DNA from: the human T2T-CHM13v2.0 reference genome, Homo sapiens
Direction: 5' to 3' (one strand)
Assembly (NCBI RefSeq): GCF_009914755.1
Contig: NC_060935.1
Length of the DNA stretch: 64,000 bases
Under the pieces are notes generated by a model, which worked only from the letters and a program-made list of their open reading frames with translations, made no database searches and had not been told where the DNA came from. Shown one piece after another: positions 39,631 to 54,504 of this stretch (positions are counted from its first letter, which is position 1; every line of letters starts with the position of its first letter). The position numbers and the translations under genes were made by a program.

Positions 39631-41179
39631 TGATACAGAGAGGCAGCAGTTCTAATACAGCCCTGTAGACAGCAGAAAACTGTAAACCAATGACCTGGTA
39701 ACAAGGGAGACATCTCCCCACATCAGATGCCTGGGGAATGTGAATGACCATGGAACTGTGATCTAAATTCTGGGCTTGGAGGGGGCAGAGAAAGTCCAAG
39801 AATGGCTTAGGTTAAGTAGCCCTTCCCCAGCTACAAGCCCAGTGGGATGGGAAAAATTAGGTTAATTTATAAAAATATTTTAAAGGTACAATATTTGTGT
39901 ATAAAGTTGAAATTCCTATAACTACAAACATTGAAGGATATGTTTGGGTTAATTCAATTCTCCATACATCTACTCTGCACTGCCTATATATCTCTGCTGT
40001 GTGTATATGTGTCTCTTACATAGATATTGAATTGAGTTGTACTGTAATGGATCTGTCCCATTTGAGTCTTGGAATAAAATAAAGCCACATCCTTGTGTTC
40101 AGAAGATGGAGTCACATTTAGAGTAATGGACACTTCTGGTGTTGGTGGTCCTGAGAAACAGTGGAACTTGGAAGAAGTGAGGGATTAGAAGACAGGACTT
40201 AGACCGGGGTAAGGAAAGAATGTCTTCCTTTCTCTGATATGGCTCTCTTGAGCTCAAGCTCCCACAAGTTTAGCAAGGCTTGAATGTCCTACCTGGTAGG
40301 GGGGATGAAAAATGACTCTTGCCATTTGAAGCTGGATAGGGAGGCAGATCTGGAGGGGCTCCCCAAGGATGGGCAGGTGCAGGTGATTAGAACAACCATT
40401 TATTCACCCAAGAGTTTCATGAATTATTCTATGCTATTAGCACAAAGCTTTAACTTAAGCACAGCTGTTCTGAAAGATACTAAAAGAAGAGAATTGGCCC
40501 ATCCTTAGGGTAGAAAGGTAAGGACTTTTATGCCACCTAAGGTCATGACAGCAGTGGAAGCAGCAATCGAAGACATTCCCTAGAAGAAAGTGACGTTGGA
40601 GGAACAAGTGTTAGGCCTTTACAGGGATCCTTTCACAATTGCCCACCTTGAGGGATCACAGAGTGTTATTTTATTAAGCCAGTTGGTGAGTTCCTTGGTC
40701 AGACACAGCTGAATTCTGAGGGATGACTAAGACAGAGCCTCTGCCCTCTAGAAAAAGTGGACACATTTTTATGGTGGGGGAGCTTAAGTATGATATGTCT
40801 TAAAAAAATTTAGAGTGTTTCTCTAAAGAAACACTGGATGAATAGAATATTAGGGACAAAGGTGTAGCTGGGAGTGTGTTCCAAGTGGAGTAGACAGCAG
40901 GAACCACGGCATAGACATGGGGAGCCCCCTTTGATCAGGAGAGATGGAGCTACACCCTCTGGCTGTATCATAGAGACATGAAAAGAGTGAAGCCTGGAGA
41001 AACAGCTGACATCACAACAGGCAAAGCCTCAGTTGCAAGGGAAGACATTTGCTCTTAATCTGAAGACAAAAAAAAAAAAAGACTATGCACTTTGAGACTT
41101 CTTAGTTACGAACAACCATTCCAGGGAGTTTAAATAGAAAATAAATTAATTAAAAGACATTACAGACATGTACTTGTAC

Positions 41180-41441
41180 AAAGAATAAATTCTGCAGACC
41201 CAATGTACAGCACAGTGACTATAGTTAATAATAATGTACTGTGTACTTGCAATTTGCTAAGAGAGTAGATCTTAAGTAATCTGATCACCAAAAAAAGGTA
41301 ATTATGTGATGTGAGAGATGGGTTAACTAACCTGATTGCAGTAATCATATCACAATGTATACATATATCAAAACATCATGTTGTATATCTAGAATATATA
41401 CTATTGTTATTTGTCAATTATACCTCAACAAAGCTGAAAAA
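41180..41441 (+). mobile_element. L1MA-type 3' end
   Basis: tgtacagcacagtgactatagttaataataatgtactg...tttgctaagagagtagatctt...tcaattatacctcaacaaagctg. Confidence 0.8.
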
Positions 41442-42951
41442 TTGGGGGTAATTTGAGTAAAAATATTGAGATACTGGGTAATTTACAGGAACTCTGGGAG
41501 GGCAAAGAACAAAACTTGAAAACCAAGCAGTTAATCCACCCTCTGTGCTAATTCCATGGAGGCCCACATTTACTACCACCAGGCACTAGACGCAAGACCT
41601 CATCTCTACTTCCAGAAAATGGATCCCACTCCATGTGGCTTCCTGGTGGTGCTCTCCTCTGAACCTAAGTCTACCGAGAGCAGTCTATGGGCAGAACAAG
41701 GGTCCTGGGCCTGTGCTCCAGCTGCAAGGGATGCTGGGTAAGAGTTTCTAGCATCTGCCTTGGGAAGGCAGGACTCCTAATTGCACATTTCCCTAAATGT
41801 AAAAAGGCTTTCAGAAGATGCTGAGCAGCAGTAAAGCATAGAAAATGTCACTACAATTGCCAGTAAAGTTTTTCGAGAAGGAGAGTAAACATAATCTAAG
41901 CACATGTTAGGAAGATTAATTAGAGGTTGGATGGGTAATGCCCACATGTTTTCTGGGAAGACTGACCCAACTGGAGAAGGGCAAGGAAGTCCTGAATGAG
42001 TAGCCTTCATTCTACTTCTGCAGAGGACTAATTGTCACTCTGTGGACAGTTTGACAGGTCCAGGGAGTCAGAATGGCAGGACAGATAAGTCAGGAGTAGG
42101 GTAGGATAGTAAGAAAGCATCTACAGGAGGAAAAGACTGAAGGTGAGTGGGGAAGTGGACATGAACGTGTTGACAAAGGTCAGCCTGACCAGCTCCCTGA
42201 GTTGGGGCAAGCCCAGGTGAGGCCCAGCACCAGGCCATGGAAATCCAGCCACTACAATGCCAAGTGAAAGGTGAGAGTTTAGAGTTTAGACTGGTATTGG
42301 CAGAGCCACATGAGAGATGAAGGAACAGCAGCCAGGAGCTGCGAGTGGGCAGGAAGTGGGGATGAGTGGCGTCCACTGCAGGTTCTCCCTGCAGGACAGA
42401 GCTCCAAGCCAGAAGGGAAAGGAAGCAGAGGAGTGCTCTGAAAAAGCAGCAGCCCTGCAGCCGAGGGACCGAGGGGCTGAACGGTTTCTCCACTGAGAGA
42501 TCCAGTTCTCAGGTAGGAACTGAGAATCAGAAACAAGGCAGAGGCACATCCTGTTTTACGAGAAAAATCAAGGTCTTCAAAGATAACTGTAATAGGTTTC
42601 CATTTGTCTGTTTTTATTGTGGTAAAATATGTGTAACATAAAACTTACCGTTTTAACCAATATAAAGTGTACAATTCAGTGGCATTAAGTACACTCACAG
42701 TGCTGTGCAGCTATCACCACTATCCAGGTCCAGAACATTTTCACCACCGCAAATGCAAACTCCACCCTCATCAAGCAGTTGCTCTCCATTCCCCACTCCC
42801 CACCAGTCCCTGGCAACCACTCATCTGCTCACTGTTTCTATGGATTTGCCTATCCTGGATATTTTATATAAATAGAATCATGTAATATGTGACCTTTTGT
42901 GTCTGGTGTCTTTCTCATGGCATGTTTCTGAGGTTTATCCATGTGATAGCA

Positions 42952-43809
<858 letters not shown>

Positions 43810-45099
43810 TAGCATGTATCATTACTTCATTTCTTTAATGGCTGCATAATATTCCATTGTATGGATATATCACATTTTGTTTATCCATTCATCAGCTGAT
43901 CAGCATTTGGGTTGTTTTCATCATGCGCCAAGGTTTTAAAATCCTGGTTCCCCATTTACATTGCAGGGTGGCTTGGTCAAATCACTTACCCTCTCTGGGC
44001 ATCTGTTTCATCACATGTTAAATTATTAGGAGGGTTAAATGAAATGAAGTATGTAAAAGCCTGACATAGAGAGGACAATTGGCAAGCAATCAAAAATTGA
44101 TTCCCTTAACTGGAGTTGGAACTCAGATCAGAGTGGGCCCAGCAGCAGCAATAACTTGCAATAGATCAGGGCCCCTTAAATTCCTCCCAAATCAGAACTG
44201 GACCCACAGCCAGGGCAGGGTAGATACCTGCAGGTAGAGGACAAAGAAGTCTTAATTCTGAGGCAAGAAACTGGACCCTCCCTTGCCTTCTTGCCTCTTC
44301 CTAGTGTGCATGCTTGGGGAATTAGGGGTTCTAAATCAGGACCCTAAAACATGGCTATGCCTCTGTTTCACAAAGTCTTAGGCAATAAATATTGTGTGGA
44401 AATATCTCATGTTTAAACTGTTAGAAATATTACACATTTTACAGATATTTGAAAGATAAGCATATACTTCTATCATATCTTATCTTAAAAATGAGTACCC
44501 TTCAGGTTTATTTACAACTTTTGTTCAGATGATTTCATAGCATGCACTTACATTATATAAAACCTGTGAAAAAATAACACCTATCATTCCCTAAATCACA
44601 GTAATTTCAGAAGTTTACACTTGCATTCATTTTTCTTTTAATGTTCTGTAACCATAAATGTCCCTCTCCTAGGTGTCATAAAAGGCAACATAAAAAGTGA
44701 GTTTAAATGCACCCAGTCTTCCTTGCTAAAGGCACATAAGCAGAATTTCTTACTCCACAATCAGCGGTGAAAAATTCAATAGCTGACCCAGGAACACAGG
44801 CCTGGGGGTCACGAGGCCCTTGGTGCATGCTCCAGTGGGGCCCTGAACATATTCCTCAGTTTCCTTATCTGTGCAATCCATTCATTCAGCAGCAATCCCT
44901 GAGGACCACAGTGGGCTAGGCCAGGCTGTAGAGTTACAGGATCAATAAGACCTGCATCCCCATTCTCAGAAACCCATAGTCTAGCAAGAAAGCAGCAAAA
45001 AAACTTAATGATTATTGTGTACCAGGGATTGTTCTTCCATTTTCCATGTATTAGCTCATTAGATCCTTCCAACAACCCTCTGAAATAAACAGTATTTCC

Positions 45100-45453
45100 T
45101 ATGATTCGACTGTTTGTGTCTCCCACCCGCAGAGTCATATGTGGAAATCCTACCGGGCAAGCTTATGGCTTTAGGAGATGGGGCTTTGGGAAGATGATCA
45201 GGTCATGATGGCTCATGAATGAAATTAGTGCCCTTATGAAAGAGGTCTGGGAGAGGCCCTTACCCCTCCTGCTTTTGAGAAGGCAAAAGTGAGATGACTA
45301 TCTATGAGGAAGCAACTCCTCACCAAACATCAAATCTGCTGGCACTTTGATCTTGGATTTCCCAGCCTTCAGAACTGTGAGAAATAAATTTCTGTTGTTT
45401 ATAAGCCACCAGTCTATAATATTTTGTTGTATCAGCTAGATCAGACTAAGACA
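45100..45453 (+). mobile_element. MLT1A-like solo LTR inserted in a MIR
   Basis: tttgtgtctccc...catatgtggaaatcct...cttggatttcccagccttcagaactgtgagaaataaatttctg...actaagaca. Confidence 0.85.
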
Positions 45454-46646
45454 CTATTAGTAAAAATACCACTATTATCTTCATTTTACAGATGAGGAAA
45501 CTAAAGCACAAAGCAGGTCAGTGACTTAGCCCAAAACAAACCTTGGCAGCCTAGCTTTATAAAGTCCACACCATTAATTATCATGTGAGTATGCCTTATG
45601 TGTTTTACATAATAGACCTTAATGTGAGTAACACAGGTGCATACAGCACAGCAATTAATTTTACCTGAACAAAGTTAAGGAAGGCACTGGACATGACTCT
45701 GTATCTCGGCCAAGAAAAATGATTTCACACAGCAGGGATGGAAGAGAAAAATGAAGAACTGAGGGACCAGCAAGAGGAAACAACCGGAGATGTGGCAGAG
45801 TTGGGGACATTGAAGGAGCCCCTAATGGAAACAGCAAGACCAAGCAGGTGAAAATAAAGAATAAAGGCACAGGTCTCCTCTGAAGCTCCTTTTAGTTCTC
45901 AATCCTATGACATACCTAAAAATTGCATCTACAATCCTTCGTTTAGGGACATGCGATGCTTGTCTATGCATTAACCACGCTGTGGTTTAAGAAGGGATTA
46001 TCTCTATCCTACCACCTACATCAATTTTCCTTTAACCAGTTTGTATAATGTGTTGTATATTTAAATATGCATATTTTAAATACTTGATATTATTGAACAA
46101 ACATGCTGAGCATTAGCTCAGTGCACAGCATCCTCTTCATTCTGACCACACTACCTTAGTGGAGGGAGTGCCTCGTGTCTTGCCTGCAGTATTTGCTTTC
46201 TCCATCCAAGTCCCCTCTTCTATATGACATTAACCTAATCATGATTTTTTAAGCCCCTCCCCATTTCCAAGGCCATTGCTTCCAGCACAAAATCTGTCCT
46301 CCTTAGCACAGCACTCACCACCTTTCTCCATTGTTTGCAGTCTAACCTTCAGTCTCATCTTCTGCCACTCCTCATCCCTCCATCCTTATCCTATCTATCC
46401 CAAGCTCCACCCACACCAAGCCACCACCCATCCAAAGAGGATTCACCTGCTGCCTGAATTATCATCAGCCTTTCTGACAGCCCCAGACAGCTCATCACTC
46501 CTTCCTCCACAGCTCTCTGTTCTAACAGTGTGCTAGTACTCACCTTATCATCCAGCCATATCTAAAACACCTAGGTAGGTTTCCCTAAGGTTCACCTGGA
46601 CCTGCTTTTCTTATGATCACTTAGCCAACAAATACACACACATCTA

Positions 46647-47065
<419 letters not shown>

Positions 47066-47094
47066 TTATTACTTAATATTCATAAGATACATTT

Positions 47095-47935
47095 ATCAAC
47101 TCATTTGTCATATACATATTGAGCCTCTGTTCCTTGCACATACCATGCACTGGTGTAGTAAACAAGACAGTGGTGAGGAAGATGCCATCACAAAGCTTAC
47201 AAAACATTCCAGATGGGGAAATAGACAAGCACAATAAAAGACATAAACATGACCGTGAAAGGCTCCAGTAAATTATCAGCAAGAACCCATCAGCAGAAAA
47301 GGACATCATAACTGGAGAAAGTTGCTTAGATTGGGTAGTCAAGGGCAGCCTCTCCAAAGAGGTGATATTTGAGCTGACACCTGGTGGGTGCACACAAGCC
47401 AACTGTGAGAAGAGCTGGAGCTAGCATTTCCAAGGCCAAGGGGACAGCGAGTACAAAGGCCCTGGGGGTAGGAAAGAGCTCTGCGAGCATTTGGAACAGA
47501 AAGGAGCAAAGTACGGCTGCCACATAAATTAGAGAGGAGGAGAGATAAGGTTGTCATAAAGATTAAATGAAATTCTAGCTAATTCTGGTTGGTATTTTTT
47601 TAAAAAAAGATTAAATGAGAGTAAGCATATAAAGTGCTTAGTGGATGCTCAATAAATGCAGTCTATTTTTCATCATCATCATCATCATCGTCATCATCAT
47701 ATCAGTTTGGACAGATAGGAGATAGATCATGTAGATCACTGCAGCCCATGATAAGAAATTTGGGTTTTAATCTAACAACAATTCTGAGTTATTAATGGGC
47801 TTTTAGCTGGTAAGGGACATGGTCTGATTTATTGTTTTAAAAGATCACCTGGCTGCTCTGTGCAGGGGGATTAAAGCAGGGTACAGAAGAAAAGGGGAGA
47901 TAGTTGGGAGGTCTTTGTAATAATCTGGACAGGAA
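47095..47935 (-). mobile_element. L2 fragment (interrupted by MIR tail and (CAT)n)
   Basis: gtcaagggcagcctctccaaagaggtgatatttgagctga...aaaagatcacctggctgct. Confidence 0.65.
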
Positions 47936-48107
47936 CTTAATAACACAAAATGTTTAAACATCCATCTTTTATTTTGTTCATAAAGATGAAATCTATATGT
48001 TTTAAGTCTGCTACACAATTTTCACAATTTTGACAGAAGATGTTTGTATTTTCTGATGCCCATGTTTAGTTATGAACATATTTATGTTGGTCTCTCAAGA
48101 AGCCCAC

Positions 48108-48815
48108 TGTGGTGTTTTCCACTTCCAGCGACCAATTCACTAATTTTCTGAGAAGCAACTGAGCGTCCTATGATTCAACTAAATTCCAACACTACTCAGA
48201 GTTAGTGTCAGATCCCACAAGGTAAAGGCTCAGTCTCACAGTACTACTCGCACTGCAGACACCAGTCACAGGTCCCACGGCACCTGTACTTCTGACTGAC
48301 TGGCTATAAATCAGGAGTTCCCATGACCCCTCCTAAGGTTTGATAATTTGCTAGGATGGCTCACAGAACTCAGGAAGGCATCTTACTTACATTTATCAGT
48401 TTATTATAAAGGATACAACTCAGAAGCAGCCAAATGGGAGATGCAGAGGAGCAAAAAAGGAAGGGTAGCAGGTAGAGTTTCCATACTCTCTCTAGAAGCA
48501 CGACCCTCCCAGCACCTCAACATGCTCACCAACGTGGAAGCTCTCCAGATCCCAAAGTTTAGGAGTTTTTATGGAGGTTTCATCATATAGGGAACCTCTC
48601 TCCCCCTTCCCAGAGGTTAGGGTTTGGGGCTGAAAATTTCAGGCTGCTTATCAAGGTTTGGTCTTTCTGGTGACTACCCCCATCCAAGAGCCTACCAAGA
48701 GTTATCTCATTAGAACAAGAGATGTTCCTATCACTCCAGAGGTTCCAAGGGATATGGGAGCTGTGTGTCAGAAACCCTGGGCAAAGACCAAATACATATT
48801 TCTTATTATGCCACA
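48108..48815 (-). mobile_element. MER21-like solo LTR
   Basis: tggctataaatcaggagttcccatgacccc...ggatggctcacagaactcaggaa...caaagaccaaata; TSD ccac at 48104-48107 and 48816-48819. Confidence 0.85.
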
Positions 48816-49275
48816 CCACCATTGGATTAATTTAACTATTTTTATGAGAATACTCTTGTTAATTGCATTTAGAATAAAATACAAGATAAATACATAAAAT
48901 ATGTGAATAGTCTATAAATAACTGGTAAGAACTGCTAGAATTGCATACCCTACGTGGGGTCAACCTTGTTATTTTGTAATAACTCATTGACTTCCCTGGG
49001 TATTACCCTGCATAGGATTATTAGCTCCCAAAGAGCGGGCCCAATGATTTTTTGCCTTTTTATTGGCAAATGCTTGGCATAATCCCTGGCACATAATAAG
49101 TGCTCAATAAATATTTCCCAAATGCATGAATGAATACTATGGAAACACTGCAGTGGAAATGGTCCCACACCACTGCATTCCCGCCTGGGTGACTCTATTT
49201 ATTGATTTATTTATTTTAGAGCCAGGTTGGCATTAATTTATTTTAGAGCCAGGTCCTTTCCCTCAAGAAACTATT

Positions 49276-49340
49276 GAAGTAATTGTGGGTTTTGCCACTG
49301 AAAGTAATGGCAAAACCATTACTTCTGCACCAACCTAATA
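49276..49340. mobile_element. MADE1 (Hsmar1 MITE), one arm truncated
   Basis: aagtaattgtgggttttgcca...tggcaaaaccattacttctgcaccaacctaata. Confidence 0.8.
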
Positions 49341-50669
49341 GAAACCATTTGGGAAGAAAATAGAGACATGAATACTTAAATAATAATTCTTTTCACAACC
49401 GTCACAAGACAGAGATACCAATATGTGGTGAAAGCTCTTAGACTTTGGAGTTAACCTGGGCTCTCAATGTGTGTGCTCACTGTGTGCTCTTCGGTGAGTT
49501 ACTTCATCTCTCTTCACTTTCATGTCTTTTCCTGCAAAGGGTGCTTGTGAGAGACAGATAATTCAGAAAAAGAGCTTAGGGACAGCACCTGAAACAAAGA
49601 AAATGCTATCAATTTGAATCCCAAAAAGGATATCATTTTTGTCCTGAATAACACTGGAGCCAAGGCCAGAATATTTGTTTGGGTTAATAAGAAACAAGAT
49701 TAATAATGAGAAGACGGAAGGCCTGTGTGATTTGGCATCCTGTGAATCTCGGAGGCTTAGCCTCAACCCAGCTGGGAGGTCTCCGGTCGTCAAAAGAGCA
49801 ACTCACATTGGCAGCCCCTGCTGTGACACCAGGACCTTGGCGGGTCCTCCTGGGGCCCTGCTGTGAAGTGTTGGCTTGGGAATGACCCAGGGCATGGCTG
49901 TGGCTGAACCATCTCCAAGAAGCCAGTTTCTCTGCTTTTGGCTGGAGGGAGGTTTGGGTGTCCACTACTGCCAATTTCAGCTGGGCACTTGCCACGTTTT
50001 GGCAGCGAAGCTCTGGGAAAATGTGACCTCTTGTTTTACTATATTCTGCACAGGCTCATTGCCAGAGCTGGATTTTGGCCTGCACCATGGAGCTGGTGCA
50101 CAGCAAGGAAGCAGTGGCTGCTTTACGGAGTGAGTGATTCATTAGCCTAGGCTCCACCCAAGTGAGTTAGTGTCAAGCAAGCTAACGCTGCCTGTCTGGC
50201 CTGTCACCCCTACTCCAGCTGGAATATGGTGCCCACCCAGTAGTTTTCCCTTGCTGTCTTTGCAATACCATGAATTCAAAATGCTGAAAACAAGGCTCAG
50301 AGCCAAACCATCATTCTTCCCCTCAGTCCCATCCCTCACCCACCCTTTCCAAACTAACAAAAGTATGTTGCACTTCAGAAAACCAAACAAGAGAAGCCCA
50401 GCAGAAAGTAAAGGTGATGTGCCAAGGTGCTCAACCCTTGACACATCAAATTCTTCAACTGCACTCAAATGCTGACACATTTCTAGAGCATGACATTTTT
50501 ACATAAAAATGAATATGATTATGGGACTCCTTTCTAAGGTTGCCCCAAATCTAGTTCAATGATGCAACCCGTTGCCCTTCCTGTCAATTGTCCATTGTTT
50601 CTTCTTTCTATTTACATAACATATTCATTTAAATTAGAATTTATTGTATATTTTATCTTTACTATAAGG

Positions 50670-50900
50670 AGACAGAATATCATGGTATTGAAGTCCAAGT
50701 GATAAAGTCTGATTGCCTGGGTTGGAATCACAGCCACAACACTTACTAATAGGTAACCTAGAGTAAGTTATATAACCTCTCTGTGCCTCAGTTGCCTCAT
50801 CTGTAAAAATGGGATAAATGGAGTTTTCATGAAGCACAAATAAAATTATTCATGTAAAATACTAAGAGGAGCACCTGAAATACAGGAAGCTCTCAGTGAA
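50670..50900 (+). mobile_element. MIR SINE
   Basis: aacctctctgtgcctcagttgcctcatctgtaaaaatgggata. Confidence 0.75.
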
Positions 50901-51083
50901 CACTTGTATTTGGTTTTGAGTATTTGCCAGTAACATTGTTATTCCCAAAACTTCTGATCAGTTATATATATCGTTACCTCTTTTCATTCTTTAGCTCTAC
51001 TGAGTACAAATATAACAGGCATTTCATTCATTCATTTATCAAACTTTCTAATAGAAAATTTAAGTATTTTAACTTACGATGAT

Positions 51084-51599
51084 TGTACTATTTAGGATTC
51101 TCCAGGATATATAGAGAGCTATCCTATATATAGGACACATATAGGAAATTTATAGGAATTGGCTTATGTGATTATGGAGGCTGAGAAGTCCCACAACCCG
51201 ACATCTATAAGCTGGAGAACCAAGAAAGCCAGTGGTGTAATTTAGTGTACATTGGAACTTCAGCCTTTGGACTGAGATAAGGGGGTAATGGTGTCAATTC
51301 CAGCCCAAAGGCCAAAGAACCAGAAGTGCCAATGTCCAGGGTAGGAGAAGATGGATGTCCCAACCTAAGCAGAAAAAACAAATCTGTCCTTCCTCCACTT
51401 TTATGTTCTCTTCAGGCCCTCAACAGATTGGAGAATGCCCTCCTGCGTTGGTAAGGTCGATCTTCTTTACTCAGTCTACTAATTAAAATACTATTCTCTT
51501 CCAGAAACACCATATCAGACACACTCAGAAATAATGTTTTACCAGCTATCTGGGCATCCCTTAGCCCAGACAAGTTGACACATAAAATTAAACAACGCA
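51084..51599 (-). mobile_element. MLT2 solo LTR
   Basis: gattatggaggctgagaagtccc...caagttgacacataaaattaa; TSD atgat/atcat. Confidence 0.85.
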
Positions 51600-52729
51600 A
51601 TCATGACAAAAATAATATTAAATAGTAGCAGTTAATATTTATTTAGTGTTTTCTGTGTGCCAGGCTCTACACTCAGCTATTTATACATATTATCTCATTT
51701 CATCTTCATTATTAATGGATTCAAGAGTCTGGACACAGATGGTGCTGGTGTAAGACTAAAGTTTTCACCAGCCTAAAATAAGGATGTTAGAAAGTATTTT
51801 TCTTTTTAAAGATATTTCTGTTTAAGGAAATTTATCTTTCTCACTTTTTGGTGTTAGATACTCTTCCTTTTATGGTGACAGTAGATGATAGTTTCTTTTC
51901 TGGAACATTCTTACTTGAAAAAATAAAAGGTTAGTACTAGACTTTGGTTTGGATGCATTAAATACAAAAGTCTAAAATCTGTTTCTCACCACAACTCTGT
52001 GATATAGATGTTATTATTCCTATTATATAGATAAGAAGCCAAGGCTCAGAGAGGTTAGGTGACTTGCCCAAGGTCACACAGCCAGCAAATGTAGAACCTG
52101 GATGCAATCTCAGGATCTAGTTCTTAATTCCTTGACAATCACATTTATTAGTACCTACTACATACAGGACACATATCTCATTTCACTCCCTCAGCAGCCC
52201 TGTGAGGAAGTGAGATTCCCTTTTACAGAATAATGGAACTTGCAGAGTTTAAGCATTTGCCATAATTCCACAGTTTGAAAATACGAGGGCAGGATTGGAG
52301 CACAGAGCTCTGATTCTAGCTCCCTTTCTCTTTGCAACTACCATGTGCCACACACCATAACAAAAGCTAGACCTATCACAGATAGCTAAGAAACGTGCTC
52401 TGTCCTCAAAGGCTCACAGTCTCAGCAGAGACTGTCAACAATTTATTATCATGCCCAAATAAGCACTATAGTGAGGTGTGTCTAAGGCACTTTAAGAGCA
52501 CTAAGAAGGGAAAAATTAATTCTGAGGCTTTTGCAAACACTTCTGACAACATCATAATATCTTGCTATATCATATTTAAAGAATCCCATGTGAAACTTTG
52601 GATTTCATGTGACTGCTTTTTATGAACATTTGGCAGGAAAATCTTTTCCATTAACATGTTTTTGCATTATATGATGCCCTGATTAGTTAACTTGGTGAGA
52701 ATTTTCTGGCATCTTGTAGACTAACACAT

Positions 52730-52858
52730 TATTTTTTAGTAGCGACAGGGTCTTGCTACATTGCCCAGGTTGGTCTCGAACTCCTAGCCTCAAGTGATCC
52801 TCCCACCTCAGCCTGTCAAAGTGCTGGCATTAGAAGCATGAGCAATCACACCCAGCCC
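52730..52858 (-). mobile_element. FLAM-like Alu monomer
   Basis: Single antisense left arm. Confidence 0.85.
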
Positions 52859-53179
52859 CATATTTTATTTTTAAAGTTAGAAAGGATTTTTAATAACAAA
52901 CACATACACAAAAAAACATAAAACACTAAATCCTCCAGCTTCTGTTGTATCCCAAAGTAACAAAACATTTCTCCTTGTGTCTTTAACTATGGCTAAAGAC
53001 TGAAGAGAACTTGATTCAGCTTGATTTTTCAGCTGATCGAGCCTCAGCTCTGCATTCTGATTTTTATCTAATAGTTCTTAAATAATAAAATACAAGGAAA
53101 TACAAATGCACTAGCAAATGAAAGTTAAATCATACCAGGGCAGGCTGGAGGGGTGGCATAAAGGCTGCATTTCACTTTA

Positions 53180-53300
53180 AACCCTAAAACAAACAGCAGG
53201 TGAAATGTCTTCAGGTCAAACTCTTCCCTCCAAATTGCACTGTGGAGGCTGAGTCAGACACGCTGAGCACAGGGAACTCTCACTGACGTCAGTGCATATT
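53180..53300. promoter_or_regulatory. Candidate enhancer: full CRE, AP-1, FOX-like and E-box motifs
   Basis: TGACGTCA 53284-53291, TGAGTCA 53250-53256, aaacaaaca about 53187, caggtg about 53197 in apparently unique sequence. Confidence 0.45.
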
Positions 53301-53855
53301 TGGAGAATCAGCTATTAAAGCTGCAGTCAGGCAGGCAGCTCTTGCAGCAAAATTGTGCCCTTGGACTTTGCCTTTGAGGGTTAATGTCTCACTGTGTTTT
53401 CAAAAGTGTGGGCAGCCAACTGGCTTTCGACATAGGGTATTGGGAATTGGCAAGTCAAAATCTTTGGAGAGAGATATGTTTCCTGGCCTAATAGGGCAAA
53501 TGCCTCCGCAATTTATAGTGTCCTTGAATCTCATTCACTCAAAGTAAATGATTCTCTGACCCAAGAAGACTTAGAGGCTAGGCTTGCATCGTTCTATAGA
53601 TTTTTTTTTATTAATCCATTTCCTAAGGGTCCATTTACTCTTTAACAAATATTTATTGAGGACTTGCTATAAGCAAGGTCCAGATACGTGGAAAAGCAAG
53701 CAGAGACACGTATGTATGGTTCAAGCCTGTATGAAACTCAGAGTCAAGTTAAGAGCCAGCCATTAATCCATCAAATCAATGACACTAGTGAATGTGTCAT
53801 ACTGAATAGGGATAAATAGACTTACGAGGGAAATAAGGTTCTTTAAGAGCGAATA

Positions 53856-54139
<284 letters not shown>

Positions 54140-54504
54140 GTGAATAATAAAGGAACCTGACCTAGACCGAGGACTCAGGAGTGAGGCAGCTGAGGAAGAG
54201 ATTTCCAGGCAAAGGCTGGGCTGCAGAAGAGACAGAGAGGAGGTGGTGTGGCTGGAGAGCAGAGGCAGCATGGTAAAAGGGCAGTTGAGAGCCAGGCAAG
54301 CCACATCAGGCAGGACCTTAAAGGCCTAGTTAAGGATTTGATCCTTGTCTTAAGAATGATAGGAGGCTTTGGAGGGTCCTAAGCAGGGGGTGATGTGACC
54401 AGATATGCCTTTTGGGAAGATGGTCTGACAGCAACGTAGAGAAGAGAATTGGTAGGGGAGGCTGTCAGATAATATTGGTAGGAAGACCAATTAGGAGATT
54501 ATTG

